Of a DNA stretch of 64,000 nt, positions 30,531 to 40,303 are shown in pieces. The position numbers and the translations under genes are program-made. This DNA is from an uncultured Alteromonas sp. (GTDB taxonomy: Bacteria > Pseudomonadota > Gammaproteobacteria > Enterobacterales > Alteromonadaceae). Position 1 is the first letter of the stretch; each line of letters opens with the position of its first letter. Where the stretch lies: positions 13,463-77,462 of the forward strand of contig CAZOYR010000003.1 in assembly GCA_964584105.1 (NCBI GenBank). The letters run 5' to 3'. The notes below the pieces were generated by a model that made no database searches, was not told the origin of the DNA, and saw only the letters and a list, made by a program, of their open reading frames with translations.

Positions 30531-31064
30531 ATGAAAAGATGTATTTCAGCATCTGTTTTAGCCGTAGCAGTTCTTGCAGCGCCAGTATCCGGTGCCACAT
30601 TCACAACCGGACCTGTGTTCGAAAAATTCGGCAGAAAAGCCGATATCGCTCATACCCCCTTGGAGGAATCGGCAACCTTCAAAGTGGCTTTTGATGTAGC
30701 GACAGGCGCCGACCCCGGTAGTATTAATCGTAAATTTGATAGTGCAGCGCGTTTTATCAATATGCACGTTGCTAATGGTGTTGAACAGGACAACATCGAA
30801 CTGGCAATAGTGGTTCATGGTAGCGCCACCCTCGATTTGCTTAAAGATGATACCTACCGTCAGAAGCAATCAGCGGCCAATGCCAACCTGCCGTTACTCA
30901 ACGCGCTGTTGCGTGAAAATGTCAGAATTATTGTATGCGGACAGTCAATGGCAGGGCATGGTTTGAAGCCTGAACAATTTGTGCAGGGTGTAACTGTCAG
31001 CTTATCGGCAATGACCGCGCACGCCCGACTCCAGCAGAAAGGCTATACGCTCAATCCGTTCTGA
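30531..31064 (+). CDS. Exported DsrE/F-like family protein
   Basis: Signal peptide; KVAFD, ARFINMH, AIVVHG, CGQS, SAMT motifs. Confidence 0.78.
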   Translation: MKRCISASVLAVAVLAAPVSGATFTTGPVFEKFGRKADIAHTPLEESATFKVAFDVATGADPGSINRKFDSAARFINMHVANGVEQDNIELAIVVHGSATLDLLKDDTYRQKQSAANANLPLLNALLRENVRIIVCGQSMAGHGLKPEQFVQGVTVSLSAMTAHARLQQKGYTLNPF

Positions 31065-31373
31065 TAATGAAAATGTGGTGCGGATGAGTGACTTATGCAT
31101 GATCGAAAAGTCGTAAATACTTCTATAATGGTTATATATCTCTAAATATTTATACATCTGCAGGTCGTCATTCTGATGATGACAGCTGCTTTTGCTTTAT
31201 GGGTGCCTGTTTGTCAGGCGTCTGCATAGGCATTGAGTAGAGTAATTGTCCGATGGTTGGTAATTCTGCGATGTAAAACCTGATTGCACTTTAACTACGC
31301 TGATGAGAATGGATGCGGGGGTTCAGCTCAGTGAACGATGCAGTGAAGCATCAATTTACGAGAGGATAGCGCA

Positions 31374-33425
31374 ATGTCGCAAAATAATAATAAGCAAGAT
31401 GCTGACAACTCACAGGAAAAGGTTCGCGTAAATAAGATTCCGTTTTATGGGTCGGTTATCGGAATTATTACCTTTGCGCTATGGGCGATGTTTTTCACCG
31501 AGTCGGCCAGCTCACTGATAGGCAAGGCGCTTACCTGGATCTCTTCAACGTTTGGCTGGTTCTACTTTCTGGCTATCTTTGTCTATTTGCTCTTCGTCAT
31601 TGTCATTGCCCTTTCCCCATGGGGGAAAATACGGCTCGGTCAGGAACATACCCGACCTGAGTTCAATATCGTTACCTGGGCGGCCATGCTGTTTGCTGCA
31701 GGTATTGGTATTGATTTGATTTTCTTCTGTATTGTCGAACCCATAACGCAGTTTATGGCACCGCCGGTAGATATGGGCGCTGACGGCGATGCGGCGCGCA
31801 ACGCCATTAAGATAACCTTGTTCCACTGGGGTTTATCGGGCTGGGGAGTTTACACGCTGGTTGGTATGGCACTGGCATTTTTCAGTTACCGACACGGCTT
31901 ACCACTGGCCATCCGCTCTGCCCTGTATCCGGTTTTCGGTAAAAAAATCTATGGACCTATTGGCCACACCGTTGATATCGCGGCGGTATTGGGTACGGTG
32001 TTTGGTATTGCAACCAGCCTGGGTATTGGCCTGATACAGCTCAACTACGGGTTAAATCATGTGTTCGGTGTACCGGAAGGACTGACAACACAGGTCATTC
32101 TGGCCGTGGTTGTCATCATTTTCGCTGCCATCTCGGCTGTAACGGGTGTTGAAAAAGGCATCCGCCGGCTGTCAGAGTTCAACATGCTGATGGCGCTGCT
32201 GCTCATGTTGTTTGTATTGTTTGTGGGTGAGACACGTTTCTTACTAAATGCACTCATATTGAATATTGGCGATTACTTCTCTGATTTTGTCAGCATGTCG
32301 TTTAACACTTATGCCTTCGACCAGCCCACAGACTGGCTGAATGCGTGGACACTGTTCTTCTGGGCATGGTGGATAGCATGGGGACCGTTTGTCGGTTTAT
32401 TCCTGGCGCGTATTTCCCGTGGACGTACCATCGCCGAATTTGTTGCCGGCACACTGATTTTGCCGCTGTCGTTCATGATCGTATGGATGTCAGTGATGGG
32501 TAACAGCGCTATTGATATGGTAATGAACGGTGCGCAGGAGTTTGGTCAGCAGGCCATGGATAATCCCGGTTCTGCCATTTATATCTTCCTGGAAAGCATT
32601 CCCTGGGCTGGCCTGACTACCATTGTGGTGAGCATCCTGGCATTTGTGTTTTTTATCACATCAGGCGACTCCGGTTCACTGGTATTGTCAAACCTGACCT
32701 CTGTGCTCAAAGACCCCTACAGCGATGCGCCGCCATGGATGCGTATTATGTGGGCATCTATCATTGGTTTACTAACCATCGCCCTGTTACTTGCTGACGG
32801 GCTCACGGCCCTGCAAAGTGCGGTGGTAGTAACCGGGCTACCATTTGCAATCGTACTGTGTCTGATGATGCTGGGACTGTTCAAAGCACTGCGTGTTGAG
32901 GGGCTTAAACAAAAAACGTCGGATGCTAATCTGCCCAGTGGTACGCGCGTCGGTGAGACCGGTCAGAACTGGACACAACGTTTGCATCGTTTTGTAAGTT
33001 TCCCTGATCACGAGCAATGTCGTAAATTCCTCGATGATGTCGCAATGCCAGCCATGAAGGAAGTGGAGAGCGCGCTGAAAGAGCGGGATCTGGATGTAAG
33101 TATTTCTGAAAATCGCGATGCAGAAGACGAATTCATGTCGTTGCAGGTAGATTTGCACGAAGCCCAGGATTTTTACTACGAGCTTCGTCCCAGTCAGTAC
33201 TCCATGCCTTCATTTGCAACGCGTTCTGCAAAAAGCGGTTCCAAGTACTATCGGGTAGAACCGCTTCTGGCCGAAGGCGGACAAGGTTACGATTTGATGG
33301 GTTATACCAAGGCGCAGGTCATAGAGGATATCCTCACCCAGTTTGAACGCCACATGCACTTTTTGCATGCCCAGCGTATTCAGCCGGGAGCAGATACCAA
33401 CCTGTTTAAACCGGGTAATAAGTAG
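31374..33425 (+). CDS. betT: BCCT-family choline/betaine transporter with long C-terminal domain (BetT-like)
   Basis: WAAMLFAAGIG, FHWG, WTLFFWAWWIAWGPFVGLFLARISRGRT; the C-terminal domain GYDLMGYTKAQVIEDILTQFERH is typical of BetT. Confidence 0.9.
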   Translation: MSQNNNKQDADNSQEKVRVNKIPFYGSVIGIITFALWAMFFTESASSLIGKALTWISSTFGWFYFLAIFVYLLFVIVIALSPWGKIRLGQEHTRPEFNIVTWAAMLFAAGIGIDLIFFCIVEPITQFMAPPVDMGADGDAARNAIKITLFHWGLSGWGVYTLVGMALAFFSYRHGLPLAIRSALYPVFGKKIYGPIGHTVDIAAVLGTVFGIATSLGIGLIQLNYGLNHVFGVPEGLTTQVILAVVVIIFAAISAVTGVEKGIRRLSEFNMLMALLLMLFVLFVGETRFLLNALILNIGDYFSDFVSMSFNTYAFDQPTDWLNAWTLFFWAWWIAWGPFVGLFLARISRGRTIAEFVAGTLILPLSFMIVWMSVMGNSAIDMVMNGAQEFGQQAMDNPGSAIYIFLESIPWAGLTTIVVSILAFVFFITSGDSGSLVLSNLTSVLKDPYSDAPPWMRIMWASIIGLLTIALLLADGLTALQSAVVVTGLPFAIVLCLMMLGLFKALRVEGLKQKTSDANLPSGTRVGETGQNWTQRLHRFVSFPDHEQCRKFLDDVAMPAMKEVESALKERDLDVSISENRDAEDEFMSLQVDLHEAQDFYYELRPSQYSMPSFATRSAKSGSKYYRVEPLLAEGGQGYDLMGYTKAQVIEDILTQFERHMHFLHAQRIQPGADTNLFKPGNK

Positions 33426-33455
33426 CACCTACCCTGGCGTAAACATAACAAAATC

Positions 33456-33491
33456 AAACAGGTCATCATTATACCGATGACCTGTTTTTTT
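33456..33491 (+). terminator. Intrinsic terminator of betT
   Basis: AAACAGGTCATC-attatacc-GATGACCTGTTT-tttt. Confidence 0.85.
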
Positions 33492-33615
33492 ATATTATCT
33501 TCTACGCTCACCTTCCCCCTGCTCTGGCTCGCTTTGTTTTGCATTACCGATTATTAATGCGCTGTGCAGCTTCATTCCCCGTAACAACCTGGACATTCAG
33601 AACAGGAGAACAGCA

Positions 33616-33840
33616 ATGACGAAAGCATACCAGACCAACACCAAGGTAGAGTGGGAATGGGGTAACGGCAAAGGCCAGGGTAAAGTCAGAGAAGTCTTTT
33701 GGGAAGAAGTCACCCGCAAATTACAGGGCGAAGATGTCACCCGCAAGGCCGATGACAACAACCCCGCCTACCTGATAGAACAGGAAGACGGCGATGAAGT
33801 GTTGAAGCTGCATGATGAGCTTGAAAAAGCGAACAGTTAA
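33616..33840 (+). CDS. Small DUF2945 / HVA1-Tudor-like protein
   Basis: VEWEWGNG-GQGKV...VTRKA...PAYLIEQEDGDEVLK; AGGAG RBS. Confidence 0.75.
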   Translation: MTKAYQTNTKVEWEWGNGKGQGKVREVFWEEVTRKLQGEDVTRKADDNNPAYLIEQEDGDEVLKLHDELEKANS

Positions 33841-33844
33841 CTAC

Positions 33845-33862
33845 CAGGGCGCTAGCGCCCTG
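33845..33862. repeat. Perfect 18-bp palindrome between convergent genes
   Basis: CAGGGCGCTAGCGCCCTG is its own reverse complement; no U-tract. Confidence 0.7.
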
Positions 33863-33869
33863 AGCCTGC

Positions 33870-35219
33870 TTATTCAAATAAAGAACGGTGTAAGCCCTGA
33901 ACAATTTCAGTACTGTCGTTTTCGTTAACCAAAAATGACATATTGTGCGGGTTCGCACCAAAGCAAATCATTCTTAGATTATACTCGGAGACCGCTGCAA
34001 AGATTTTGCTTGATACCCCTTTAGCGCTTTGCATGTGATTACCCACAACAGTAACCAAATCATAGCCCCCTTCTACCTTCACATCACAGAAGGTTTCCAG
34101 TTCAGCAATGGTTTCTTTATTGAGCCGCTGGGCCACGGAGTTTGCCGGATTATCCAGCGTAAAAGACACTGAAATTTCTGATGTGGTCACCAGATCCACA
34201 CTGAGCCGGTGTTTAGCGATAATGGTGAACACCTGTTGCAAAAAGCCTTGGGCATACATCATCTGCGGCGTTTTTACCGTAACCATTACCTGTTCTTTAC
34301 GCCGTGTAATCGCCCTGTATGGAGGCTCATGTTCACAATCGCGCATGATCCAGGTACCGCCCTTTTCAGGCTCCCGGCTGGAACCGACAAAAACTTTAAT
34401 ATCCTGACGAAGCGCTGGCTCCATGGTGGCAGGATGCAGGACTTTCGCGCCAAAGGTTGCCATTTCAGCAGCTTCTTCGAAGCTTAGCTCTGGCAGTGGG
34501 TGTGCGTTTGGAGCAATGCGCGGATCGGTAGTATACACACCGGTCACATCAGTCCATATTTCACACACATCGGCTTGCAACGCCTCGGCAAGCAGCGCAG
34601 CGGTAAAATCGGATCCACCCCGTCCCAGCGTGGTCGTCCGCCCCTGCTCGTCAGCGCCGACAAACCCCTGAGTAATGACCATCGCCTTTTCGATTTCAGG
34701 CCGTAGCAGAAGCTCTGCTAATTCGTGGATTGCTTCAAGCTGTGGCACGGCTTCGCCAAACTCGCTATCGGTACGCAATACTTTACGCACATCAAAGTTC
34801 ATCACAGCATCATGCTGTTCACTGACCACGGCGCTGAACAGTAGCGAAGACATGCGTTCACCCATAGACAGCAACTGGTCTTTCAAATCGTCGCGATGAA
34901 GAATTTCTTCATGAAATGCCAGCTCACGCATCTCCGTCAGTAAATCTTCCAACTTGCCCAGGACCTGCTCCGGCTGAGCAAGCCGTGAGAGAATTGCATG
35001 TTCTATTGCTTCAACCGCATTACACACTTCACTGATCTGTTCCTGCGTCATGGGTGTGTGGGCCATACTGACAAGATGATTGGTCACACCGGCAGAGGCG
35101 CTGACCACCACAATACGCGTTGCTTCATTAGCCAGTACAATACGCGCACAATTTTGCATTGCCTCATAGGTCGCAACGCTGGTACCGCCAAATTTGGCGA
35201 TAGTTAATGCCTGAGTCAC
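33870..35219 (-). CDS. lysC: Aspartokinase III (lysine-sensitive type)
   Basis: AKFGGTSVA, VVVSA, TTLGRGGSD, WTDV, TSEIS and two ACT domains. GTG start at 35219 after GGAGG. Confidence 0.94.
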   Translation of the reverse strand: MTQALTIAKFGGTSVATYEAMQNCARIVLANEATRIVVVSASAGVTNHLVSMAHTPMTQEQISEVCNAVEAIEHAILSRLAQPEQVLGKLEDLLTEMRELAFHEEILHRDDLKDQLLSMGERMSSLLFSAVVSEQHDAVMNFDVRKVLRTDSEFGEAVPQLEAIHELAELLLRPEIEKAMVITQGFVGADEQGRTTTLGRGGSDFTAALLAEALQADVCEIWTDVTGVYTTDPRIAPNAHPLPELSFEEAAEMATFGAKVLHPATMEPALRQDIKVFVGSSREPEKGGTWIMRDCEHEPPYRAITRRKEQVMVTVKTPQMMYAQGFLQQVFTIIAKHRLSVDLVTTSEISVSFTLDNPANSVAQRLNKETIAELETFCDVKVEGGYDLVTVVGNHMQSAKGVSSKIFAAVSEYNLRMICFGANPHNMSFLVNENDSTEIVQGLHRSLFE

Positions 35220-35231
35220 ATCGACCTCCAT

Positions 35232-35693
35232 TTAGTCCTGATTGTCTGCTGGCGGGTTGATTTTAATCGTGTCGCCTTCTGCTATATCATGAGCGGCAAA
35301 CCACCCCTGATTCATCTCCAATGCGTAAGCCACCACGCCTGAAGCGCCTATCGATGTTAAATCGTGAGGCTGTAAGGCTTTAATATCTGTGATCACACCC
35401 TGCTTATTCACAAACGCCACATCTAGCGGAATATACGTATTTTTCATCCACATACTGGCCTGCTTGGGCGGCGAGAAACGAAACAGCATGCCACAGTCAT
35501 CGCATAAGCTACGACGATTCATCAGCCCTCTCGCGCGCTGTTCAAAAGTTTGCGCATATTCAAGCTGATAGTTTTCACCGCCCATTGCCACCGTCACTTC
35601 ATCAAAGCTGACCTCAGACGAATCATTGGCTTTGGCACAACTGCTCAACACCCAGGTCATCATTAAACAAAGCAAAAGTAAGGATATTCTCAT
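35232..35693 (-). CDS. DUF192 family lipoprotein
   Basis: Lipobox-like LSSC; RARGLM-R...GMLF...MWMKNT-IPLD...ALEMNQG. Confidence 0.88.
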   Translation of the reverse strand: MRISLLLLCLMMTWVLSSCAKANDSSEVSFDEVTVAMGGENYQLEYAQTFEQRARGLMNRRSLCDDCGMLFRFSPPKQASMWMKNTYIPLDVAFVNKQGVITDIKALQPHDLTSIGASGVVAYALEMNQGWFAAHDIAEGDTIKINPPADNQD

Positions 35694-35764
35694 GGTATTT
35701 TTCTTAATCGTGATTTCGTTGCTTATGGCAGTCTACCTGCGCCGGCATGGATTATCTACAGGCC

Positions 35765-35796
35765 AAAAAAAAGCCGGGCGTATTGCCCGGCTTTTT
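35765..35796 (-). terminator. Intrinsic terminator of acnB
   Basis: A8-GCCGGGC-gtatt-GCCCGGC-T5. Confidence 0.88.
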
Positions 35797-35814
35797 CGTC
35801 TCACAAATGACCTA

Positions 35815-38427
35815 TCAGGCGATATTCAACGTTGGAATAATCTTCGCCTTCGCGTCTTCTTCTGCCTGTTTAAAGCTTTCCATCTTGTCAAAGTTCAGGT
35901 AGCGATAAACATCAGCTGACATTGAGTCAATCTTACCGGCGTACTCCATATACTCTTCAGCAGTAGGAATACGGCCTACGATGGCACCCACAGCAGCAAG
36001 TTCGGCAGATGTCAGGTATACGTTGGCACCATCACCCAGACGGTTAGGGAAATTACGCGTTGAGGTAGACAGTACCGTCGCACCGGCATCAACACGCGCT
36101 TGGTTACCCATACACAGTGAACACCCTGGCATTTCCGTACGCACACCTACACGGCCGTAGATGTTGTAGTAGCCTTCTTCCATCAGCTGCGCTTTATCCA
36201 TCTTAGTCGGAGGAGAAATCCACAGACGGGTTGGCAGTGTCTTGCCGTAATTGTCCAGCAGCTTACCAGCAGCACGGAAGTGACCAATGTTAGTCATACA
36301 AGAGCCGATGAACACCTCATCAACATTGTCACCAGCAACATCTGACAGTGTCTTGGCATCGTCAGGGTCGTTCGGGCAACAAACGATTGGCTCTTTAATG
36401 TCATCAAGATTAATCTCGATAACTTCTGCATATTCTGCATCTTTATCAGCACGCATCAGTTCAGGCTTCGCCAGCCACTCTTCCATCTTCTGCGCACGAC
36501 GCTCAAGGGTACGCGGATCGCCGTAACCTTCGTTAATCATCCAGCGTAGCATGGTGATGTTAGAACGCAGGTACTCAGCAATAGATTCTTCTGACAGGTT
36601 GATAGTACAACCGGCCGCAGAACGCTCTGCCGAAGCATCAGATAGTTCGAACGCCTGCTCAACGGTTAAGTCTTCCAGACCTTCGATCTCAAGAATACGA
36701 CCAGAGAACTGGTTGATCTTACCTTTCTTCTCAACCGTCAGCAGACCTTGCTTAATGCCGTACAGAGGAATCGCATGTACCAGGTCACGTAGCGTGATAC
36801 CAGGCTGACGCTTACCCGTGAAACGAACCAGAATCGATTCTGGCATATCCAGCGGCATAACACCGGTTGCTGCCGCAAAGGCTACCAAACCGGAACCTGC
36901 GGGGAATGAAATACCCAGTGGGAAGCGCGTGTGCGAGTCACCACCAGTACCAACGGTATCAGGCAGCAACATACGGTTCAGCCAGCTGTGGATGATGCCG
37001 TCACCAGGGCGCAGTGAAACACCGCCACGGTTCATGATAAAGTCAGGCAGCGTGTGCTGAGTTTCAATATCAACCGGCTTAGGATAGGCCGCAGTGTGAC
37101 AGAAAGACTGCATTGTCAGATCGGCAGTAAAGCCAAGACACGCCAAGTCTTTCAGTTCGTCACGGGTCATAGGGCCAGTGGTATCCTGAGAACCTACCGT
37201 GGTCATTTTAGGCTCGCAATATGTGCCTGGACGAATACCGTCAACACCACATGCTTTACCTACCATTTTCTGTGCCAGTGAGTAGCCTTTACCACTGTCA
37301 GCAGGCTGTTCCGGCTTACGGAACAGATCCGTTGGACCCAGACCCAGTGCTTCACGCGCCTTTTCAGTCAGTCCGCGACCAATGATTAGGTTGATACGGC
37401 CACCGGCACGTACTTCATCCAGAATCACTTTTGACTTGTAGTTGTACTCAGCCAGTACTTCGCCAGTTTCGTGATTCGTGATCTTGCCTTCAAACGGATA
37501 GATGTCGATGACATCACCCATGTTCATTTTTTCAACGTCGGCTTCAAATACCAACGCACCGGCATCTTCCATTGTGTTGAAGAAGATTGGTGCAACTTTA
37601 GAACCGATACATACACCGCCACCGCGCTTGTTAGGCACGCCAGGCAGATCTTCACCGAAGAACCACAGTACAGAGTTAGTCGCAGACTTACGCGAAGAAC
37701 CGGTACCTACCACATCGCCAACAAAGGCAACAGGGTGACCCTGGTTTTTCACTTCTTCGATTTGCTTCATCGGGCCTTTAACACCGTGCTCTTCCGGCTC
37801 AAGACCGTCACGGGTCATTTTGTAGGCCGCCAGTGCGTGCAAAGGAATATCAGGACGTGACCATGCATCTGGTGCAGGAGACAGATCATCGGTGTTAGTT
37901 TCACCGGTTACCTTGAATACGGAATAGGTAATTTTGTCATCCATTTTCGGACGTGAAGTGAACCACTCACCTTCTGCCCATGACTCAATCACTTCGGTCG
38001 CGTATTTGTTACCGGCTTTATGCTTTTCTTCCACATCGTGGAATGCATCGAACATCAGCAGTGTGTGCTTCAGCTCTTTTGTAGCCAATGGTGCAAGCTG
38101 GTCATCGTCAAGCAGCTCAATCAGCGTGGCGATGTTGTAACCACCATGCATGTTACCTAATAGCTCTACCGCTTTTTCGCGGCTAATCAGCGGGCTGGTG
38201 TCTTCGCCTTTGGCGACAGCACTTAAAAAGCCGGCTTTGACGTAAGCGGCTTCATCTACACCAGGAGGAACGCGCTCTGAAATCAGTTCAAGCAGGTAAT
38301 CTTCTTCGCCTGCAGGTGGGTTTTTCAGCAACTCAACCAGACTGGCAACCTGTTCGGCGTTCAGTGCTTTGGGAGGGATACCTTGTTCAGCACGTTCTTC
38401 TACGTGTTTACGATACTCTTCTAACAC
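35815..38427 (-). CDS. acnB: Aconitate hydratase B / 2-methylisocitrate dehydratase
   Basis: MLEEYRKHVEERA, TNTDDLSPAPDAWSRPDIPLH, GTGSSRKSA, SQDTTG, IGSCMTN, GCSLCMGNQ. Confidence 0.99.
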   Translation of the reverse strand: MLEEYRKHVEERAEQGIPPKALNAEQVASLVELLKNPPAGEEDYLLELISERVPPGVDEAAYVKAGFLSAVAKGEDTSPLISREKAVELLGNMHGGYNIATLIELLDDDQLAPLATKELKHTLLMFDAFHDVEEKHKAGNKYATEVIESWAEGEWFTSRPKMDDKITYSVFKVTGETNTDDLSPAPDAWSRPDIPLHALAAYKMTRDGLEPEEHGVKGPMKQIEEVKNQGHPVAFVGDVVGTGSSRKSATNSVLWFFGEDLPGVPNKRGGGVCIGSKVAPIFFNTMEDAGALVFEADVEKMNMGDVIDIYPFEGKITNHETGEVLAEYNYKSKVILDEVRAGGRINLIIGRGLTEKAREALGLGPTDLFRKPEQPADSGKGYSLAQKMVGKACGVDGIRPGTYCEPKMTTVGSQDTTGPMTRDELKDLACLGFTADLTMQSFCHTAAYPKPVDIETQHTLPDFIMNRGGVSLRPGDGIIHSWLNRMLLPDTVGTGGDSHTRFPLGISFPAGSGLVAFAAATGVMPLDMPESILVRFTGKRQPGITLRDLVHAIPLYGIKQGLLTVEKKGKINQFSGRILEIEGLEDLTVEQAFELSDASAERSAAGCTINLSEESIAEYLRSNITMLRWMINEGYGDPRTLERRAQKMEEWLAKPELMRADKDAEYAEVIEINLDDIKEPIVCCPNDPDDAKTLSDVAGDNVDEVFIGSCMTNIGHFRAAGKLLDNYGKTLPTRLWISPPTKMDKAQLMEEGYYNIYGRVGVRTEMPGCSLCMGNQARVDAGATVLSTSTRNFPNRLGDGANVYLTSAELAAVGAIVGRIPTAEEYMEYAGKIDSMSADVYRYLNFDKMESFKQAEEDAKAKIIPTLNIA

Positions 38428-38499
38428 GATTTCTTCCTCATGGTTAATCCTGCCGGTGAAGTTAACGGTCTTGGCGACAGGACGTGACTAAATAAAAAC

Positions 38500-38534
38500 G
38501 CGGGGATTATAGCGGGTTAATGAACTTTTTTGAA
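38500..38534 (-). promoter_or_regulatory. Candidate sigma70 promoter of acnB
   Basis: Minus strand TTCAAA-N17-TATAAT followed by a GC-rich discriminator. Confidence 0.5.
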
Positions 38535-38601
38535 TGACTAAGGCCTTTCAATCTTTTATGACCGGTATTCAGCCGGTCAATGCCCATGTACTGGCTTATA
38601 A

Positions 38602-39678
38602 TTACTGACTATTGGCCGACACTTTCAATAAGGTGGCCTCTTCGCCATCAGTTAGCAGTAAAATTGCCCCATCAGACGATACATTTACATCGCGTAACCG
38701 CTGTGAAACGTCGCTGAATATGTGCTCAATACGAGGGGGAGACTCGCGCAAGTCTACAGCCAATAAGGCCTTTTCTTTGAGTGTGGTGACTAATAACTTG
38801 CCGGCCAGATACGGGAACTGCTCACCGCTGTAGTCGATCATGCCTGAGGGTGCCACCGAAGGCGTCCAGTTAACCAGAGGAGGCTTCATGCCCTCGTACT
38901 TTCTAAATGGACTAATGCGGGCACCGGAATAATCATCGCCCATCGTAGCTACCGGCCAGCCATAATTTGCCCCTTCTTCAATCAGGTTTATTTCATCACC
39001 GCCTGCCGGACCATGCTCGTGAGCGATAACCTCATTATTTTTCACGATTAAGCCCTGTGTATTCCGATGGCCCTGGGAGTAAACATAAGGCGCGTCAGCA
39101 AAGGGCGGCGACTGCGGCGCACTGCCATCTTCCCGGAAACGCAGAATCTTACCTAACTGGCTGGTTTTTACCTGCGCCTGCTCGCGATAGTCAAAGCCAT
39201 CGCCTGTAGTTACCAGCCAGGTACCATCATCAAGTACCGCCAGCCGGCCACCAAAATGCACCGGCGTGTCCTTGGCCGGTGTGACCGCGAGTATCTGTTC
39301 GATATTATTAAGCGTGCCTTTTTCAAGTATCGCGCTGGCAACAACCAGTTGATTGCTATCGGCGGTGCCTTTGGAATAACTGATAAGCACGCGATGAGAT
39401 ATGGCGTAATCCTGCGCCAGTGCAAGATCTAAAAGGCCGCCCTGTCCTTCGCTGTAAAGCGACGGTAATGTTTGCTGCTGACGTGTCGCCTCACCGTTTT
39501 TATCGATAAGCACCAGCGCGCCCTGCTTTTCTGTGACAATAAACTGATCGTCAGGTAATGCCACCAGCGCCCATGGCCGATTCAAAGTAAAATCTGTATA
39601 GGGTGATATTGAATAGGACTGCGGCGCGGCTAGCGCACCAACACTTAACAACACCACCAGCATCCAGGCATATCTCAT
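38602..39678 (-). CDS. PQQ-dependent soluble aldose sugar dehydrogenase (YliI/Asd-like beta-propeller)
   Basis: Signal peptide; GQGGLLD, HFGGRL, GHRN-QG, EHGP-GGDEIN, GANYGWP, RLRDV. Confidence 0.9.
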   Translation of the reverse strand: MRYAWMLVVLLSVGALAAPQSYSISPYTDFTLNRPWALVALPDDQFIVTEKQGALVLIDKNGEATRQQQTLPSLYSEGQGGLLDLALAQDYAISHRVLISYSKGTADSNQLVVASAILEKGTLNNIEQILAVTPAKDTPVHFGGRLAVLDDGTWLVTTGDGFDYREQAQVKTSQLGKILRFREDGSAPQSPPFADAPYVYSQGHRNTQGLIVKNNEVIAHEHGPAGGDEINLIEEGANYGWPVATMGDDYSGARISPFRKYEGMKPPLVNWTPSVAPSGMIDYSGEQFPYLAGKLLVTTLKEKALLAVDLRESPPRIEHIFSDVSQRLRDVNVSSDGAILLLTDGEEATLLKVSANSQ

Positions 39679-39807
39679 TGCAACTCCGGGGTTATTTGCA
39701 CGGCATCAGGTAAAGTTACAGTGACTTAACCTTCTTAACAACTGTTGGATTATTCAACAGATAGCCATTACACTGGCTTATCGTCTTATTTTTATTCTGC
39801 TTTTTTC

Positions 39808-40272
39808 ATGCAAATTCACAGCGCCCTGCCATTTATCAAAGCATATTTAGTCAGTTGGATTATCACCTATCTGCTAGCCAGTATTTTTCACACGCAACGT
39901 GTTTTGCATGAACTGGCCGAACTTGATGTGGTAATTAGTCTGGCAGATCGCGTCAGCACCACCCTGGATGACATCATCGGGTTGTTGCCCAAATATGGCA
40001 GCGCTATTGCACTTGCACTGTTTATTGCGCAACTGGTGGCGGTGATTATTACGCGACGTCGCGCTCACGTTGCACCCTGGACCTGTCTGGCCGGCGCGAT
40101 TGCCATGCTGGTGATGCTGCTGGCCATGCAGCCAATTATGAATGTGACACTGATCGCCGGCGCGCGTGAGGTAACTGGCATTGCACTGCAGTGTCTGGCC
40201 GGTGCAATCGGAGGCTTACTTTTCGCCACGCTTTACGGCTATTTTCAAAGCAAACAACTGAGCGACGCATAA
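39808..40272 (+). CDS. Hypothetical inner membrane protein (about 4 TM)
   Basis: Hydrophobic ORF divergent from the PQQ dehydrogenase and followed by a terminator; ATG 39808 chosen as the start. Confidence 0.7.
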   Translation: MQIHSALPFIKAYLVSWIITYLLASIFHTQRVLHELAELDVVISLADRVSTTLDDIIGLLPKYGSAIALALFIAQLVAVIITRRRAHVAPWTCLAGAIAMLVMLLAMQPIMNVTLIAGAREVTGIALQCLAGAIGGLLFATLYGYFQSKQLSDA

Positions 40273-40298
40273 AAAAACGCCGCTTTAAGCGGCGTTTT
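40271..40298. terminator. Bidirectional intrinsic terminator
   Basis: aaaaaaaCGCCGCT-tta-AGCGGCGtttt between convergent genes. Confidence 0.85.
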
Positions 40299-40303
40299 AA
40301 TCG

